A stretch of 63,566 nucleotides of DNA, filler included, from Aduncisulcus paluster (taxonomy: Eukaryota), in NCBI GenBank assembly GCA_024181965.1. It is 10 parts of 10 records of this genome, joined end to end, with 100 filler letters (N's around TTAATTAATTAA, not from the genome) between each part and the next. Parts side by side here need not be neighbours in the genome. Positions count along the whole stretch, not along the records: positions 58,201 to 61,520 come from BQXS01011904.1; positions 61,621 to 63,566 come from BQXS01011905.1; 8 more parts are not named here. The stretch is one strand, 5' to 3'. This document shows positions 58,202 through 63,566 of the stretch, piece by piece. The notes under the pieces are model-generated. The model saw only the letters and a list, made by a program, of their open reading frames with translations, was not told where the DNA came from and made no database searches. A program made the translations under genes and the position numbers. The first letter of the stretch is position 1. Every line of letters starts with the position of its first letter.

Positions 58202-61200
58202 CATTCAAGCCCTCAAAAAGATAGGAAGGAAAACACTCAGGATGAATATCAATATCAATATTCTTCTTCAAAATCAACCCAAATTCCACGTCCCGATCCA
58301 TCAAAAGTGGCAATGAAAAGGACTTCCGGAGATCCAGTTCTGAAAGACCCATCCGAAAAGGATTTTCTCCACATTTTGGACAAGATGGGTGATAATCTTG
58401 GCTTTGGAATATCTCGAAAATATGATTCATATCCCTCCCCAAGATCTTCCCCCCAACAAACGACTCCCAGGAACAGAACAGGAGTTTCTATTCCACAAGG
58501 CAAAGAAGAACCCGTGACATCGAATCCAACTCGTGTTTCTTTGAAGTCATCCCCATTAAAAGGAAAAGTTACCACCCCCTCTCCTCTAAGTGGTTCCTCT
58601 AGGATGTTCAGGATGATTGAGGAGATCTATGGCACAATTCCTGTCGATCATGAGGAGTGTATGTTCATGTATTACATGTACAAAATGAAGACATATTTCA
58701 TTTATCTCTGGTTATTAGAGAGTGTTCGTGCACGTAGATGTCTCATCATGTCTTGGGAATACCAGATATCCAAAGGAATGGCACAACGTGGAGACTCAAC
58801 GAAATGTTCTCTGGATGCAGGTGGAGTAGTGATGAAATCATTTTCTAATTCCTCCATCTCTTCCATTTCTTCCATTCCACCAAATATTTGTTCAAATATC
58901 ACTTTCCAACGGTTTTCTCTCGATCAAGAAATCTTTCTTCTTCAACGATTCCAATATTTACTTCAAGAATTCCAATCAGAAGCATTCGATATGAGATACT
59001 TTGAATTATATCAAGGCATTAACTCAAACAAACGAGGAAGTTCGAAAAGTTGGAAGAAGTGGAACGCACAACTTAAATCGCAAAAAGACAAGAGTGAGAG
59101 TGAACAACATAATGATGAGGTTCAGCATTTACAGGATCTTTCTGGATCCTTATCGGGGCATAATCATAGATTTAGTTATGCACAATCTCGTTCCTCTAAA
59201 TCGAAACTCGCTGGTATCCCTATCAGTGATTTTCCCTCAGGCGAAACAACCTCGACTCAATCATTTCTCAGAGAACATCGTTCATTTCAGAATTTTGCCG
59301 AGTATATTGCTTATTTGAGGAATGAACATGTTCGCTCGAAGAATCTAGCAAGGATGGCACCAATGATCGGTCATGATGGAGTTCATATTACTCATGGTAC
59401 TTCATTGGCTGTGGTAGATATGGTTCCCCTTCCAAGTATGGATGAGGTGGATAGTGAAGCTCAACAAAAACCTAGGGGATATAAACTATCAACACGGGTG
59501 CTTAGAAAAGAGAAGGATGCCGATGAAGACACTCTAGATCGTCTTGATACTGTTCGTGAAGGAATTGAACATAGCGATTCTATCATTGAAGACAGTTTAT
59601 CTGCACCTAATCATGTTCATCGATCGGAGAATGACCATCACCACTCACCTTCTCTTTCCTTCTCTGNNNNNNNNNNNNNNNNNNNNGTTCGCTCGAAGAA
59701 TCTAGCAAGGATGGCACCAATGATCGGTCATGATGGAGTTCATATTACTCATGGTACTTCATTGGCTGTGGTAGATATGGTTCCCCTTCCAAGTATGGAT
59801 GAGGTGGATAGTGAAGCTCAACAAAAACCTAGGGGATATAAACTATCAACACGGGTGCTTAGAAAAGAGAAGGATGCCGATGAAGACACTCTAGATCGTC
59901 TTGATACTGTTCGTGAAGGAATTGAACATAGCGATTCTATCATTGAAGACAGTTTATCTGCACCTAATCATGTTCATCGATCGGAGAATGACCATCACCA
60001 CTCACCTTCTCTTTCCTTCTCTGAACACCCTTCCTTGGTGGATGAGATTGTTTCTCACACGATGGGTATTCTTGAGAAGGAAGTTAGAGAGCTTGGTGGA
60101 ATTATTGATCATCATTTATGGGGTGCAAAGTGGTTTGATATTCGAAAAGAAGAGAGTGATAAGCGCCACAGACGATATCTCAAATCCAAGAAGCGTCTTG
60201 AGAAGAAATCTTTGAGGAGTGGTACCCTTATTCGAGAAACCGATGAACATAATCAAGATAAAGCTGCTTTTGGAGATGAAGAAGAAATCCCATACACATT
60301 CGATGTTCGTCCTGAATATGAGAAAGAAGAGATTCCATTTGTATCGGAATCTGAGTTAGATACTGATGTTATCGCTCAATTGTTATTCGAGATTCCCAAG
60401 AATGAACTTGAAGAGATAAGAATCGAGCGAGAAATTGTTCGAGAAAAGCAACGCCGAAAAGAAAGACGGCATGCTTTGCACACAAAACAATTTCAAAAAC
60501 AATCTGAGCTTGGATTTCGTGTTACAGAACCTATCTCTGAGGACAGTAGTAGCAGTATCTTACATGATGTCCATCAGAGGGATATTGAGACCTTATCAAT
60601 AACACAGAGAACTGAAGAACCTGATAATGAGCAAGAGGTAATTATCGAAGAGGTTCCTTTCCAAATGAAGGATGATGGCGATTCCATGAATTCCATGTCG
60701 TCAAGTACAGCAATTACTGTGGAGGAGCGTAATGCTGCAAACCCTGAGAGGGAGTATCAGGGCGAAAAGGAGAAAGGCGTTGTTCTCCCACGCATGAGTA
60801 AGTCAAGTTTCAGAAAGTTGTTCATTTCTTCTTTTTGGAGACAAGTGAAGGATGTATTCCATTGTGAACGAAACTCTTCAATTGCATTCGTTTATGGCCC
60901 AAATTCTCATTTTTCTGAACTCATCTCAACTCTGTTTGCGGCAGCCCTTATTATTCTTATTTTTTTGACGGTAACCATGTTTCCTTATAATATTCCTGAA
61001 GGATCTCATAGAGTTTTCACTCTTTTGTCTTTAAAATTATCCTCATTATGGGATCATTTCATCCTTCAGCGAAGTTTCTTCACATTTTTTATCATAGTTC
61101 CACCCTTTTGTTGTTTTATCGTTCTATTGCTGATATATCATTCATTCCGTCTCAATTCAAGGACTCTTGTCCATACAAATACATTATTACAACGACGACA

Positions 61201-61520
61201 GCCTGCAGAAGCCTCTTCATCCCATGAGTATACACGGATTTGGAGTGACTTTTGGAATCTTCTCACTGTTATCATCGTATTGTTTATTTTTCCTATTCTT
61301 ATTTATCCTCTCTTTTCTTACTATAGTGCCTTTTTGGTTTTGATTGCTGATGTTGTATTTCCAAATGCGGGGTTTTCATCTCGACTCCAAAATATTCCAT
61401 TATATTGGTTTTCTCAGCTCAACTTTGTTGACTCTCCAGGCTTGCTGTTGCTCATGTTTGGTTACCTCTCTGTATGTATATTCGCATATATGCACTTGTT
61501 TGTTACAATTGTTCAGGCAG
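58202..61520 (+). CDS. Hypothetical protein with several C-terminal transmembrane segments; partial at both ends
   Basis: Frame is open from linker to linker. Hydrophobic segments LFAAALIILIFLTVTMF, FFTFFIIVPPFCCFIVLLLI, LLTVIIVLFIFPILIY and LLLLMFGYLSVCIFAY. Contains an in-frame overlap duplication. Confidence 0.75.
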
Positions 61521-61621
61521 NNNNNNNNNNNNNNNNNNNNNNNNNNNNNNNNNNNNNNNNNNNNTTAATTAATTAANNNNNNNNNNNNNNNNNNNNNNNN
61601 NNNNNNNNNNNNNNNNNNNNG

Positions 61622-63566
61622 TCTTCCCTTGGGATGGATGTTGCCCTCGTTGAAGCTACCTGTGAATCCATGTATGTTGATGATGCAGATGTTCAATCGT
61701 TATGTTCTTCTTCTTCTGCTGAAAACATTCTCTCCTCACTGACTGTGGATGATCTCTCCACCATCACATCTCTCACCATCCCAACCACCGTGGCTTCCCT
61801 CTCAGGGCTTGAATATGCCGAGCACCTTGAGATCCTTTCGTTTGAGCCAGGGAACACTCTCATCTCTGATCTATCACCCATTGCATCCTTATCCTCGTTG
61901 TATGTGCTTGAGCTCGATTCCCTTGAAAACATGGATGTATCACTTCTGAGCACATTGACGGATGCTGTCGGTGCTCTGAAGATGGATCTTGAGTCTGACA
62001 CTTCACGCTGGAATGGAACGTCTGAATCGTACTGTGTTGGTCTGTGCTCGTTGCGAAAGCTTCGTATCAGTGGACTTGACAATGATCTTAGTGTTAGTGT
62101 TGATTCATCCTCACTCTCAACATTTGATTCCTTTGTCAAAGTGGAAGCATCATCATTTATACTTGATTCATCGTTTACTTCTTTGCTGAACAACATTGCC
62201 ATGTGCAGTGGTCAGTGTATCAACAGTGATGATGATGGAACGAAAGTGTATCCATTGTCATCCACTCTGACACATCTTGATCTGTCTTCCAATGATATCT
62301 CTGACCCTACCATCGTTTCACTCCAGCCTGGTCTCTCTGGTGTGACGCATCTGACTCTGAGTGACAACTCCATCTCTGACCTTGTTCTGTTGCAACAAGC
62401 TATTGATGGTCTTGAGAATGTCACATATGTTGATGTGAGTGACAATAGACTTGATTGTGGGTGGACTGTGTCTGACTGTACTGAACTACTTAATAACCTT
62501 TGTGATCGGGATCTTTATGATACTAGTTCCTTTAGTGCTGTCAATTTCGGTAGTGGTGATGTTTTAGGGTCTGTTTCCCAGGATACAACTTCTGCATGTG
62601 GATCTGATTCTTCCTCTTCCTCTTCATCTTCTTCTGATTCGTGCTCATATCTGGAAGATCATCGTGTGTGTGGAGTCGATTATTCTGTGGATGATGTTGA
62701 TGACACTGAGTTGGCATGCATCTGTGGGTCAGGATACTATGAAGACGTATCCTCTGGTGAATGTGTGTTAAATTCGTCTGCATGCTCCAACTGTGGTGGT
62801 GAGCGTGGTACATGTGTGTATAACTCTGACTCTGGTGATGAATCATTACTCATCTGTGAGTGTTCAGATGGATGGTATGGAACTGATTGTTCATCAATTT
62901 GTCCTGTTTCTGATGATCTTGGTTTGTGCAGTGGATCATCTCGTGGATCATGTGATGCTGCGACCCATACATGTGTGTGTGAATCTGGGTATTATGGCTC
63001 AGCGTGCAACCTCTATTGTGATAGTTTGTCAAGATGTGGTCTGCATGGTCGATGTGCTGTCGGTGATCTATTTTCTGATTATTCTTCTGAGACATTGTAT
63101 TGTGAATGCGATGCTGGATGGTATGGGTCAACATGTTCTTCCCAATATCCTGTTGAGACTGTTGAGTATGTGAATGATGATGATGAAACAAACCCAACTA
63201 TCGTTGATTATGTGTGTGGAATTAATTACTCTACAGATCCATCTTCATCATATTCAGCCTATGGAACCTATTCACCAGATACTGACACATATTCGTGTGA
63301 CTGTTCCTCCTATGGTCTCATCACTGATGCATCCACATCCACATGCATTGATCCTGCGACTCACCCTTATTACAAGGACATTGCTGGAAATGACACTGCT
63401 TGCTTGACCTGTGGAACAACCACGGATAGTCATGGCACATGTGTGCTTGGTGAAGGAGAAGATAGTCTCATAGCCATGTGTCAGTGTGAGTATGGATGGG
63501 GGAATAATAATAATAATAATGTTGATGATAGTACAACTGTCTCATCATCATCATGCTCTGTTGACA
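61622..63566 (+). CDS. LRR + EGF-like repeat protein, partial at both ends
   Basis: Absent from the ORF track. Frame 61622 reads SSLGMDVALVEATC...LSGLEYAEHLEILSF..., LTHLDLSSNDISD, VTHLTLSDNSISDL, then CECSDGWYGTDC, CVCESGYYGSAC and CECDAGWYGSTC. Confidence 0.9.

Noticed and set aside
16204..60023. Apparent tandem duplications or pseudogenes of NOT1, OCD, the SPRY gene and others
   Set aside because: Each pair flanks a 20-N gap and collapses to an intact frame. These are unmerged contig overlaps; the few mismatches may be allelic or errors.
2857..61620. Recurring TTAATTAATTAA palindrome
   Set aside because: Always centred in exactly 44+44 Ns, so it is an artificial six-frame-stop linker. 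Gene neighbourhoods across linkers should not be read as clusters.
271..63407. Many short antisense or alternate-frame ORFs in the track (e.g. 19664-20344, 40254-40883, 61693-62202, 37674-38042)
   Set aside because: They are shadows of longer real genes or of low-complexity repeats and carry no independent motifs.
1..63566. In-window selenoprotein (in-frame TGA plus SECIS)
   Set aside because: The TGA-ending ORFs I examined run into AT-rich non-coding sequence, and I saw no convincing AUGA..AA..GA SECIS. This was a by-eye check only.
1..63566. TAA/TAG-to-Gln alternative code as in hexamitid diplomonads
   Set aside because: Conserved genes (UCH, OCD, eIF2B-gamma, Sec24) end at TAA at the expected C-terminus, and long ORFs have no internal TAR.

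Overview
Gene-dense, intron-poor eukaryotic (protist) DNA in the standard genetic code. It is not one locus: nine 100-nt N44-TTAATTAATTAA-N44 linkers join separate contigs, and seven 20-N gaps are each flanked by a duplicated overlap. The gene set includes cilium genes (IFT144/WDR19, TMEM218-like), eEFSec, CNOT1, poly(A) polymerase, eIF2B-gamma, a UCH-L3-like deubiquitinase, PP2C, Sec24, an RNF123-like SPRY protein, an SLC13 transporter, ornithine cyclodeaminase, two large LRR/EGF-like proteins and tRNA-Asp(GTC). This suggests a flagellated protist. My tentative impression is a free-living fornicate such as Aduncisulcus, which is inference and not verified. Four spliceosomal introns missed by the ORF track can be reconstructed; all have GTATGT donors and three have AAG acceptors. 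The most novel signal is a ~95-aa beta-rich module repeated five times in a convergent gene pair (47.0-50.1 kb). It resembles the DOC/APC10 domain of a DOC-BTB-HERC2-type-SH3 protein elsewhere in the window. No CRISPR array, rRNA or recognisable mobile element was seen.
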